A stretch of DNA of 64,000 nucleotides, taken from the NCBI GenBank assembly GCA_963676835.2, contig CAXXFF010000002.1, positions 1 to 64,000 of the forward strand, written 5' to 3'. Every line of letters begins with the position of its first letter. Positions within the stretch are counted from its first letter, which is position 1. A program made the position numbers and the translations under genes. Origin of the DNA: Marispirochaeta sp. (GTDB taxonomy: Bacteria; Spirochaetota; Spirochaetia; JC444; Marispirochaetaceae). Shown here one piece after another: positions 9,427 to 18,440 of the stretch. A model generated the notes under the pieces. It searched no databases. It saw only the letters and a program-made list of their open reading frames with translations, and had not been told where the DNA came from.

Positions 9427-9663
9427 ATGAAAACACTCCCCGTCGGCGAATTCAAGACCCGTTTCTCTGAACTTATTGACGAAGTTCGGGAAGGTGAAGA
9501 GATTGTCATTACCTACGGCAGAAAGAAAGAAAACGTTGCCGTGGTAATTCCATATTCATCCTATGAGAAAAAGAACAGCATCAAACTCGGTCTCTTAAGC
9601 GGCAGAAGCTATGAAATCAAAGATGATTTTGAGATGACCGAAGAAGAACTGTTAAATACGTGA
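9427..9663 (+). CDS. Type II antitoxin, Phd/YefM family
   Basis: MKTLPVGEFKTRFSELIDEVREGEEIVIT Phd N-terminus; 4-nt overlap with PIN gene. Confidence 0.88.
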   Translation: MKTLPVGEFKTRFSELIDEVREGEEIVITYGRKKENVAVVIPYSSYEKKNSIKLGLLSGRSYEIKDDFEMTEEELLNT

Positions 9664-10067
9664 AATATCTTCTGGATACCCATTATCTTCTCTGGGCCCT
9701 CTTTGAACCTGAAAAAATTGACAGAACCATTGCAGCCATACTGGAAAATGATGAGGACGAAAAGTATATATCCGGCATTAACCTGTGGGAAATTTCCCTG
9801 AAATATTCCCTCGGCAAACTGCACCTGGAAGGCCTGAATCCCGATCAGCTTACCGGGAGTGCCGTTGAAGCCGGTTTTAATATCTCGGATGTCGACTGCA
9901 AAACCTATGCATCTTACTACAGACTGCCAAAGAAAGAGGATCATAAAGATCCCTTCGACAGAATGCTGATTCACCACGCCATAGTGAATGATTACACCCT
10001 GATTACGAAGGACAGAAGAATTAAGCAGTATGTTTCTGACGGATTGAGGCTGGTGCTGGGGAACTGA
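9660..10067 (+). CDS. vapC: Type II toxin, VapC/PIN family
   Basis: YLLDTH, WEISLK, HKDPFDRMLI, LITKD. Confidence 0.9.
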   Translation: MKYLLDTHYLLWALFEPEKIDRTIAAILENDEDEKYISGINLWEISLKYSLGKLHLEGLNPDQLTGSAVEAGFNISDVDCKTYASYYRLPKKEDHKDPFDRMLIHHAIVNDYTLITKDRRIKQYVSDGLRLVLGN

Positions 10068-10103
10068 GCCGCCGCAACCGACAACTATTCACGTAGGTAA
10101 TGC

Positions 10104-10126
10104 GGTGGTTGAGCGGAGTCGAAACC
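10104..10126 (+). repeat. REP-like motif, right copy flanking TA module
   Basis: GGTGGTTGAGCGGAGTCGAAACC, direct repeat of 9359-9381. Confidence 0.55.
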
Positions 10127-10145
10127 CCGTGCTATCCTTCTACCC

Positions 10146-11291
10146 ATGAAGATCCGCACTGTTGAAGCATTTCCTGTTGAGTTTCCCCTTGAAGTACCCG
10201 CCCGAGATGCCACCGGCATCTGGACCAGCTGGAACACGGTAATTGTTAAAATAACCGCCGAAGACGGCACTGCAGGCTACGGCGAGATAGGCCCTATCCA
10301 CGGTGGAGGCATCCCGATCTTCACCGCCATGGTGGATCACCGGCTGGGTCAGCTGGTAATTGGAGAGAACACCTTCGACCGGGAGCGGATCTATGAAAAA
10401 CTCCTGGGCCGGGGCACCGGCGCCTATGCTTTAGGCCAGAAGGGTGCTGTGGTCAGCGCCGTTGCAGGCATAGATATCGCCCTCTGGGACCTTACGGGAA
10501 AGCTGCTCAAGACTCCTGTTCATACCCTGCTGGGTGGTTGCGTATACGATAAAATACCGGCGTATGCATCCGGATTTTTCGGTAAGGACGGCAGAGCCCT
10601 TACCAGTGCTGAATGTGCAGAAGAGGCGAAAATGTATGCCGACCAGGGATTCAAAGGGGTAAAGATGAAGGTCGGCTTCGGCCGGAAAACGGATATAGAA
10701 AACCTTGAGGCCGTAAGAACCGCCCTGGGACCGGACTTGGGCATAATGGTCGATGCCAACCAGAGCTACTCCTACCACGATGTACTGAAAATAGCTGACG
10801 AACTTGCCGCCTTTGACCTCACTTTTCTGGAAGAGCCCCTGCCCATAAACGATATGGACGGCATGGCCGCCCTGGTTCAGAATGTAGCCACGCCTATTGC
10901 CGCGGGAGAAAACTACTACACCCGTTTCGAGTTTAAGGAAATCTTCGACAAGCGGGCGGTTAACATTGTACAGCCGGACATTATCCATGCCGGTGGTATT
11001 ACTGAAACCAAGAAGATCGCCTCAATGGCCTCCGCTGCGAATATCCCATTAGCACCGCATATTCATGCCACCGTGGGAGTTCCCGCAAGCATTCACCTGC
11101 TGGCCAGCTGCCAGAACACCCTGGCTGCAGAGTACATAACCTCCGGCGGATCATACAAACTGCGCCTGGCCATGTACGGCGAATCCTGTATGGTGGATAA
11201 GGACGGGTTCGTTCCGGTACCCATGGAGCCGGGGCTGGGATTCAGGTTTAACGAGGAAATTTTTGAAACCTACGCTCCCGGAAAAAAATAG
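10146..11291 (+). CDS. Mandelate racemase/muconate lactonising enzyme family (likely acid-sugar dehydratase)
   Basis: AGIDIALWDL, KMK, DANQ, EEP, AGEN, APH enolase-superfamily motifs. Confidence 0.9.
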   Translation: MKIRTVEAFPVEFPLEVPARDATGIWTSWNTVIVKITAEDGTAGYGEIGPIHGGGIPIFTAMVDHRLGQLVIGENTFDRERIYEKLLGRGTGAYALGQKGAVVSAVAGIDIALWDLTGKLLKTPVHTLLGGCVYDKIPAYASGFFGKDGRALTSAECAEEAKMYADQGFKGVKMKVGFGRKTDIENLEAVRTALGPDLGIMVDANQSYSYHDVLKIADELAAFDLTFLEEPLPINDMDGMAALVQNVATPIAAGENYYTRFEFKEIFDKRAVNIVQPDIIHAGGITETKKIASMASAANIPLAPHIHATVGVPASIHLLASCQNTLAAEYITSGGSYKLRLAMYGESCMVDKDGFVPVPMEPGLGFRFNEEIFETYAPGKK

Positions 11292-11333
11292 TCCTTAGTA
11301 GAAGGTTAAAAGACTATTTCGGGAGGAAAGCAC

Positions 11334-11606
11334 ATGGATCTCGATGATTACGTAGATAAGAGAACAAGAAAAGAAGGCATCTCAAAAGAAGCATTTTGGG
11401 AGGGCTATGAAGATTATAAAATAGGAATTTTTTTAAAAGAAGAAAGAGAACAATGCGGCTTAACACAGGAAGAGTAAGCTAACCGTATTAACACTACAAA
11501 AAGTGTAATATCCCGAATGGAAAATCATTCGGAAGATATTAAACTCTCAAGAATAGAAAAAGTGGCAAAAGCATTGGGGAAAAAGGTAAGAATTGCAATA
11601 GTATAG
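11334..11606 (+). pseudogene. XRE/HigA-type HTH antitoxin pseudogene
   Basis: MDLDDYVDKR...LKEEREQCGLTQEE*ANRINTTKSVISRMENHSEDIKLSRIEKVAKALGKKVRIAIV; single TAA at 11475-11477 where Leu is expected; GGAGG RBS. Confidence 0.85.
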
Positions 11607-11643
11607 AAATTAGTAGTAGCGTTAAGTTTAAGGAGAGAAAAGC

Positions 11644-12786
11644 ATGAATACAGAAAACCCCCATCTTACCGAAGAATACTGCCTTAAACGCCGGGAAAGG
11701 CTCTGGAGCCACCTGCCTGAGCATGTTGAGTGGATAATATTGGGCAACCCGAAGCACATAAACTACTTAAGCGGATTTCTGATAAACCCAATCGGCCTCT
11801 CCAACGATGTACGCTCATTCCTGCTCTTGAAGCGCAGCGGAGAAGCGGTTCTGATCGGCGATAATCAGGGGATCAGCTTTGCGGCGGCGCCCTATTATGT
11901 CGACGAAACGGTTAACGTTCTCTGGTATGACAAAATTCATGCGGTCCGGGACAGAACCCGCCTGGTGGTGGAGGCTGTTGCGGATCTGGTGCATAAGCTA
12001 AACCCCAAACACGGCCTTGTTGAAGAAGAGTGGGTTCCAACCTACATTCCCCATCATGAAGAGGCATCGGTGTCGCTGGCGGAGCTGCTCCATTTTTTCC
12101 GCCGCACCAAAGACCCGGACGAGATTGCCCTTATGAAGCATATTTTCCGGGCTTCAGAAGCGGGCCACAAACGCGGTTTTGAGGTAATAAAGCCCGGAGT
12201 AAGCGAAATGGAGATCTACCTCGAGATACAGAAGGCGGCTCTTACTGAGCTCGGAGAAGCCGCCGTGGTGTATGGCGATTTCCGTGCCATGAATGCGGAA
12301 AATCCCAAGCTCGGGGGCCTTCCTACTCAGTACCGCCTGAAGGATCAGGACCTGTTTATTCTGGATTACGGCATTATCTACCGGGGTTACCGTTCGGACT
12401 TTACCAGCGCCATAGCAGCGGGAACACCCACCGCAGAACAGGAAGAGCTTCATGGTTACGCCATAGAAATCCTTAAGGAAACAGAAGGACTACTGGCTCC
12501 GGGCACCCATACAAGGGATGTATTTGCCGCCATGAAAGAAGGCATGGAAAAACGGGGCTGCGGGAAGGATTTCGGAGGCCATGCCGGCCACGGCCTGGGA
12601 ATGGGCCATCCCGAGGCTCCCGGTTTTGCACCGGAAAGCGATGAGGTGCTGATGGAAAACGAGATTGTTACCCTGGAGCCAGGAATCTACCGCAAAGACG
12701 TAGGAGGCATCCGCCTGGAGCATAACTACCTGATAACAGCAGATGGTTTTGAGCAGCTGACCCGGCACAGCCTGGAACTGAACTAA
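11644..12786 (+). CDS. M24 family Xaa-Pro peptidase
   Basis: LDYG..GYRSDFT, HAGHGLG, TLEPGIY, GIRLEH. Confidence 0.88.
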   Translation: MNTENPHLTEEYCLKRRERLWSHLPEHVEWIILGNPKHINYLSGFLINPIGLSNDVRSFLLLKRSGEAVLIGDNQGISFAAAPYYVDETVNVLWYDKIHAVRDRTRLVVEAVADLVHKLNPKHGLVEEEWVPTYIPHHEEASVSLAELLHFFRRTKDPDEIALMKHIFRASEAGHKRGFEVIKPGVSEMEIYLEIQKAALTELGEAAVVYGDFRAMNAENPKLGGLPTQYRLKDQDLFILDYGIIYRGYRSDFTSAIAAGTPTAEQEELHGYAIEILKETEGLLAPGTHTRDVFAAMKEGMEKRGCGKDFGGHAGHGLGMGHPEAPGFAPESDEVLMENEIVTLEPGIYRKDVGGIRLEHNYLITADGFEQLTRHSLELN

Positions 12787-12937
12787 CCGGGGTTTTACGC
12801 TTCAAGACCCCACAATCTGTACATATTGTAGTTGCAATTGACAATTTGTACAGATTCATTTTACCCGTCCTTACCGTTCTCTATCCTCCGTTCCTCTTCT
12901 CCTTGACCGCCCGCACCGGGCAACGTACTTTTACTCC

Positions 12938-13660
12938 ATGAAAACCGGTAAGTTTCTGTTAATCCTGCTCCTCACTGCACTCCCCCTTTCTGCCGGTCCC
13001 GAAGATACGGGAAGAGAACTTTTCAACCAGGCAACCAAACAGTTCTATAATGAAGAGGTACCTCTTTCATCAATTAATTCTCTGGTCAAAGAGGCCCGGC
13101 TTCAGTTTTCCACCATTTCTGATACCTGCTTGAAAAACTACTGGTTTGGACGCTGTGATTTCCTGATTGGTTTTATCCAAATGCAGGGGGGTAACAAAAA
13201 AGCTGCTGAAAAATCATTTTTGTCATCCCTTGCCCTGGCGGAAGCTTCGATGGACTGTGATTCCAGCGGGGAGTCCCACCGCCTTGCCGCCGATAGTCAT
13301 GCTCAGCTTATAGAGATAAAAGGTGCCTTCTACGCAATCCGAAACGGCGGCACCATACTGGATTTGGCGGAAAAGGCTGCGGAACTTGATCCGTCTAACC
13401 CGAAAGCACGGCTCACCCTGGGCTTAAGTTACCTCAACGCGCCCCGGATGGCTGGGGGAAGCATTGAAAAAGCGCTGAAGGAGCTCAGGAATGCGGAAGA
13501 ACTGGCAGTAACGGAAGAAGACCGCTTCAGTGTGTACCTCTGGATGGGAACAGCCCTACGGAAAGCTGAAAAGTTTACAGAGAGCAGGATGTACCTTCGC
13601 CGGGCTGGGGCTATTTTTCCGGGAAACTCCCTGGTCAGGCAAATGCTGAGAGAGGAGTAG
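12938..13660 (+). CDS. Exported TPR-like protein
   Basis: Signal peptide; helical repeats (AAELDPSNPKARLTLGLSY...APRMAGGS). Confidence 0.75.
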   Translation: MKTGKFLLILLLTALPLSAGPEDTGRELFNQATKQFYNEEVPLSSINSLVKEARLQFSTISDTCLKNYWFGRCDFLIGFIQMQGGNKKAAEKSFLSSLALAEASMDCDSSGESHRLAADSHAQLIEIKGAFYAIRNGGTILDLAEKAAELDPSNPKARLTLGLSYLNAPRMAGGSIEKALKELRNAEELAVTEEDRFSVYLWMGTALRKAEKFTESRMYLRRAGAIFPGNSLVRQMLREE

Positions 13661-15203
13661 AGCTTTTCTGCTCAAATGCAGGACTGAATACCGGCCGTTC
13701 CAGAACCATATTGGCAACCATCTTTCCGCTCTGTACCGCAGATATAACTCCTCCCGGCCAGAGGGTGTAGTGTCCTGCAGCATAGAGATTTTTCAGGGGC
13801 GTTTGAAAGAGATTCTTTCCCAGCCGTTTATACACCGGTGAGACCTGGTCATCGTAACACCAGCCCCCGGATGATCCTTCGCTGTTCATGGTAAACCGTT
13901 CCGCGCTCAGCGGGGTTCCCACATCGAGATAGGATATCCGCTGCTTCAGCCCGGGAAAAATCCGTTCCGCCGTATGGACCAGCTCATAGCCGACTTCACG
14001 CTTAAGGTCCTGGTAAGCCTCAGTACGGGGAAGAGTGCCGCCGCCGTTCCGCCAGGCGTTCTGCCAGTTACGGGAACTGTAGGTCTGCAGTACCAGGGAG
14101 CTTTTTCCGGGAGGTGCCATATCCGGGTTGCGGTCGCCGGTAAAATTGGCGGTTACCCACATTTTGCTGTGAATATTGCGGGGTGATTCGGCATGGGGAA
14201 AATGGACATCGTAGTTTGGGAAGACAAAGACATGCTGGCCCTGCATATGGCCGGCGGTCTCTTCCGGAGTAGAATCAATACCAAGATATACATTAACCAG
14301 TGATTCCGTAAGCCGGGTATTTTTAAGTTTGCCTGCTTTCCTTGCGGGAAAAACTCCCTCCGGCAGCAGTTTTGATAACAGGGCTTTATAGTCGCCGGCA
14401 TACACCACGGAATCCGCCTCTATCCGCTCTCCATCGGCTGTTTCCACAGCATTAACCTTGCTGCCTTTCAGACTGAAGCCGGAAACAGTTGTACTCCAGC
14501 GCACTGTACCGCCCCGGGAGGCAAAGCTTGATGCCAGGCGGTTCATAAAGGCCTGCATGCCCCCCCGGGGATACCAGTAGTCGTTGGCCCACAGGTGCCA
14601 GAAGCCGGCAAAAAAGAGGTAGGTCATGCGGTAGTAGCCGATATTGGTAAACCAGCGGCGCAGCGCCGGATTCCGGATAACCGAACACTGCCGCTCCCGT
14701 TCCCGGAAGGTCATCCAGCGCATCAGTTTCGGCAGCCAGGGAGCTGCATTCAGAAGAGATCCGGCCCCGGGGTTCTGCAAAAGGGGAAAGGATTCAGGGG
14801 TACAGACAGACTGGAGAAACCGGGAGACTTCGCGGATCTCTTTGAATAATACGGGGAGACCCGTCTCTTCCGGAAAAGCCTCCTGCAAGGCTGCCTCTGC
14901 ACTGTCGATGGAATCGATTTGGAAATCAAAATCATCCGAAATAAAGCGGAAGCGGGACTGCTGAAAATCCTCACGGCGATAGAGACCCAGTTCATCCAGA
15001 ATGGGAAATACAACCCCCATGCTTTCGAAGGACTGGTTTCCCCCGTCAAAGGTATATCCCTGCCGGCGGAATCCGGACATATTGCCTCCGGGTTGATGGT
15101 TCTGATCGATGAGAATTACATTCTTGCCGGCCTGGGCAAGATAGTTGGCAGTAATGAGTCCGGCAATACCTGCACCGACAACTGCGGTATCATAGCGTTT
15201 CAT
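13635..15203 (-). CDS. FAD-dependent phytoene-desaturase-family oxidoreductase
   Basis: VVGAGIAG, FDGG, MAPPGKSSL, TPLKNLYAAGH..PGGVISAVQSG. Confidence 0.85.
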   Translation of the reverse strand: MKRYDTAVVGAGIAGLITANYLAQAGKNVILIDQNHQPGGNMSGFRRQGYTFDGGNQSFESMGVVFPILDELGLYRREDFQQSRFRFISDDFDFQIDSIDSAEAALQEAFPEETGLPVLFKEIREVSRFLQSVCTPESFPLLQNPGAGSLLNAAPWLPKLMRWMTFRERERQCSVIRNPALRRWFTNIGYYRMTYLFFAGFWHLWANDYWYPRGGMQAFMNRLASSFASRGGTVRWSTTVSGFSLKGSKVNAVETADGERIEADSVVYAGDYKALLSKLLPEGVFPARKAGKLKNTRLTESLVNVYLGIDSTPEETAGHMQGQHVFVFPNYDVHFPHAESPRNIHSKMWVTANFTGDRNPDMAPPGKSSLVLQTYSSRNWQNAWRNGGGTLPRTEAYQDLKREVGYELVHTAERIFPGLKQRISYLDVGTPLSAERFTMNSEGSSGGWCYDDQVSPVYKRLGKNLFQTPLKNLYAAGHYTLWPGGVISAVQSGKMVANMVLERPVFSPAFEQKSSTPLSAFA

Positions 15204-16111
15204 TTGTGTCTCCTGAACTCTTCTGAAGTACCTGTAGCACCTGAAGAAAGGGAAAGAAGTTCTCTGGCTGTACTTACAGCGGCACCGGCGTCGGCGGAAA
15301 AGCCGTCGGCGCCTACCTGCAGCCAGAGATCTTTATCTCTGTTGAACGCCTGCCCTCCCACCATTATCTGCGGGGCAGGATCAAGGTCGGCACTTTTAAT
15401 GGCCTGAATCATGGTAGCCACGGGGTTGATATGGTAGTTCATGGCGGCGGAAATGCCCACCAGCCGGGCACCATGGCGTTCAACGGCGGATATTATGCTG
15501 CTGGCAGGCAGATCTACACCAAGAAATACGCCGCGCCAGCCGTCGAGAGTAAGCAGATCTGTAACCATACGCATGCCGATTTTATGGGGTTCCGGGGCTA
15601 TACAGAAACCTATAAATGCAGGGCCCGTAAAGTTTACCGGAACATCCGCCATAAGCCAGGCCATAATCCGTTCGGTGGTCTCGGTAAACTGGTGCTCCTC
15701 ATCGATATCGAGATCTCCAGCTTCCCAGCGCCTGCCCACTTCCCGCAGGGCAGGCTGGAGTATTGTAAGGTAAAGATCTGCAACTCCTGCACCAGCCTCG
15801 AGGGTATTCCAGAGCAGAGTCTGGGCTTTTCCAGCATTTCCCTCCAGGATATATTCCAGGTAGGCTGAGGAATCAGCAGAAACGGTGCCTGGTGCAGCAC
15901 CGGGAGAATCCGGAGTACCTCCGAGAAGCTTATCCAGAGAAACATTGAGAGTATCCGCAATACCCCTCAAAACTGCTTCATCGGGGAAGCGAGTGCCCTG
16001 CTCGTAATTGGCTACCGTCGTATTGGCAATTTCCAGCATTGAAGCAAGATCTTTCTGGGTCAGTCCCCTTTCCTTGCGTATGGCTTTCAGCTGTACGGCA
16101 AAGCTGCTCAT
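15200..16111 (-). CDS. XRE-HTH + cobalamin-binding regulator (CarH/LitR-like sensor domain)
   Basis: N-terminal LKAIRKERGLTQKDLA...VANYEQG (HTH_3); W-x9-EH (WEAGDLDIDEEH) and E-x-H-x2-G (EPHKIG); IMVGGQAF. Confidence 0.88.
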   Translation of the reverse strand: MSSFAVQLKAIRKERGLTQKDLASMLEIANTTVANYEQGTRFPDEAVLRGIADTLNVSLDKLLGGTPDSPGAAPGTVSADSSAYLEYILEGNAGKAQTLLWNTLEAGAGVADLYLTILQPALREVGRRWEAGDLDIDEEHQFTETTERIMAWLMADVPVNFTGPAFIGFCIAPEPHKIGMRMVTDLLTLDGWRGVFLGVDLPASSIISAVERHGARLVGISAAMNYHINPVATMIQAIKSADLDPAPQIMVGGQAFNRDKDLWLQVGADGFSADAGAAVSTARELLSLSSGATGTSEEFRRHK

Positions 16112-17598
16112 TTTCTGCCCCCGGCACGGTTAAAATCCTTCTCCATACCATCAGCGGCAACCTGGGCTGCGATAAGCACCATGGGAACACCCACACCGGG
16201 ATGGGTGTACTGGCCGGTGTAATAGAGACCATTCACCTTGCGGCTGCGCATGGATGGTCTGAACACCGCAGTCTGCCCCAGGGTGTGGGACAGCCCCAGG
16301 GCGGTGCCCCCCCAGGCATTGTAGTCGGAGATAAAATCCCGGTGAGAATAGATCCGCCGAACCGCCAGGGAATCACTGATAGACTCGCCTGTCACCCGCT
16401 CTATATGCTCAATGATGCGGTCCGCATAAGCCTCCCGCTGCAGGGGAGAATCATCCAGTCCGGGAGCCACCGGTACCAGCACAAATACGTTTTCGCCCCC
16501 CGCCGGGGCTGCGTCATTGTCAGTTTTTGAAATACAGCTGACATAAAAGCAGGGGTCATCCGGCCAGCCGGGGTTTGAGAAAATGGTATCGAAGTGACGG
16601 TCCCAGTCCCGGGCAAAGTAGAGATTATGATGCTGGAGAGAAGGCAGTTTTTTATTGAGTCCCAGATACATAATGAACATGGAAGGGGCCCATACCCGTT
16701 TCTGCCAGTATTTATCAGAAAAAGTTCTGTGTTCATCATCCAGAAAATTCATCTCCGCATGGGCATAGTCTGCATTCACCAGTACAGCATCGGCTTCGCG
16801 GGGACCGCTGCCGGTAACAACTCCCCGGGCACGGCCGTTCTTCACAATCACCTTCTCGACACTTTCACCGGTTATAATCTCCACCCCTTTTTCCGCTGCA
16901 AGAGCTGCAATCGATGCCGCAACTCCAGCCAAACCTCCGGAGGGGTAAAACACCCCGAGATTGAGATCCACATGGGACATTATGGAATAGAGGCCCGGAG
17001 CCTTTTTGGGGCTGGTTCCGAGAAATACCATGGCATACTCAAGGAGCTGGCGGCTGCGGCGGTCGGAAAAATGGCGGGAGACAATCCGGTCGAGGCTGCC
17101 GAAAACATTCAGCCTGGAGCCTTCAACCAGCATGCGGGTATTGAGAAAATCAAATATTGAGGAATAATCCCGGTAGAGGAACTCCTTCATGGCAACATCG
17201 TATTTGTACTGTGCCCGGTCCAGATACCGGCGAAGCTTCTTTCCCCCTTGAGGTTCCAGGGTATCGAAGAAACCCTCCATAAGCGCAGGATTGCCGGGAA
17301 CATCGAGGGCATCATCAAGGCCAAAATAGGCACGGTAGGCGGGATCAAGGCGCTTAAGGCTGAAGTAATCTTCTCTCTTTTTGCCAAGCAGGGCGAAAAA
17401 GTTCTCGAAAACCTCGGGCATCAGGTACCAGGATGGACCCATATCGAAGCGGAATCCGCCGCTGCTCCAGTAACGGGCCCGGCCGCCGACCATATCATTC
17501 TTTTCTAAAAGAGTAACCTTAAAGCCCCGGTCTGCAAGCAGTGCAGCAGAAGCAAGACCACCGATTCCGCCGCCGGCAATTATTATGTTTCCTTTCAT
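16108..17598 (-). CDS. crtI: Phytoene desaturase
   Basis: GGGIGG, FDMGPSWYLMP, ALGLSHTLGQTAVFRP, GQYTHPGVGVPM; RBS before ATG at 17598. Confidence 0.88.
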   Translation of the reverse strand: MKGNIIIAGGGIGGLASAALLADRGFKVTLLEKNDMVGGRARYWSSGGFRFDMGPSWYLMPEVFENFFALLGKKREDYFSLKRLDPAYRAYFGLDDALDVPGNPALMEGFFDTLEPQGGKKLRRYLDRAQYKYDVAMKEFLYRDYSSIFDFLNTRMLVEGSRLNVFGSLDRIVSRHFSDRRSRQLLEYAMVFLGTSPKKAPGLYSIMSHVDLNLGVFYPSGGLAGVAASIAALAAEKGVEIITGESVEKVIVKNGRARGVVTGSGPREADAVLVNADYAHAEMNFLDDEHRTFSDKYWQKRVWAPSMFIMYLGLNKKLPSLQHHNLYFARDWDRHFDTIFSNPGWPDDPCFYVSCISKTDNDAAPAGGENVFVLVPVAPGLDDSPLQREAYADRIIEHIERVTGESISDSLAVRRIYSHRDFISDYNAWGGTALGLSHTLGQTAVFRPSMRSRKVNGLYYTGQYTHPGVGVPMVLIAAQVAADGMEKDFNRAGGRK

Positions 17599-17657
17599 AC
17601 CATACTCTCCGTGGCACACTATAGCGCTTTTAAGCTCTTTACAGCTGCCTTGATTTG

Positions 17658-17720
17658 AATATAATACTCGTATCGTGTAATTGCAACTTTTTTAGTTAGG
17701 CTTTATACACATTTAGTGTT
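17658..17720. promoter_or_regulatory. crtI promoter with two candidate operators in the divergent crtI/cyclase intergenic region
   Basis: Minus strand TTGCAA(17686-81)-17bp-TATATT(17663-58); TACAC-N5-GAGTA in the spacer; TACAC-N5-GTGTT at 17706-17720. Confidence 0.5.
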
Positions 17721-17771
17721 ATTTTTTGTCATATATGCCGTGCAGACCGCGCACATACGGAGGTTTTCTCC

Positions 17772-18440
17772 ATGAGCCGATATATGATAATCAACATTCT
17801 CATCTTTATTTTTCCATTTACCCTTTCCTTTGATTCCCGGGTAAGCTTCTATTCCCATTGGCCGGCTGCGGGAATTGCCGTTATTGTTGTAGGAGGGGTT
17901 TTCATTTTGTGGGATGCTGTTTTTACTGCCCGGGGCAGCTGGAGTTTCAACCACAAGTACATAGGAAAAACCAGGCTTGGAAATCTCCCTCTTGAAGAGG
18001 TGCTCTTTTTTGTTACCGTGCCCTATGCCTGCCTTTTTATTCTGCAGGTTCTGAGAAGTTACTTATCTGATACTCTTCTGCCTCTTCCACTCTGGCTGTT
18101 TGGAGCAGCCGCCGCTGTTGCCCTTGCGGGAGTTCCGGTTTACCGGAAAAGGCTGTATACCTCGGTGGTGCTTGCTGTTACTGCGCTGTTCCTTATTCTC
18201 GCCCTGCTGCTCACCCCGCAGCTGCTTTTAAGCCGCAACTTCTGGGTATACATGGCCCTGACATACATTCCCTTCCTCATATTCAACGGCATGCTGACTT
18301 CGGCTCCGGTGGTTGAATACAGCAGCAGAGCAATATGGGGAGTGCGGGTGTTCTCCATCCCGCTGGAAGATTTCTTTTACAGTTTCGCAATGCTGGGCTT
18401 GTCGGCAATGGTCTATACCGGAGCGGACAGATGGCTATAG
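17772..18440 (+). CDS. Membrane lycopene cyclase, fused CrtYc/d type
   Basis: Two repeats: WD...W...PLEEVLFF and FNG.LT...IPLEDFFY. Confidence 0.85.
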   Translation: MSRYMIINILIFIFPFTLSFDSRVSFYSHWPAAGIAVIVVGGVFILWDAVFTARGSWSFNHKYIGKTRLGNLPLEEVLFFVTVPYACLFILQVLRSYLSDTLLPLPLWLFGAAAAVALAGVPVYRKRLYTSVVLAVTALFLILALLLTPQLLLSRNFWVYMALTYIPFLIFNGMLTSAPVVEYSSRAIWGVRVFSIPLEDFFYSFAMLGLSAMVYTGADRWL

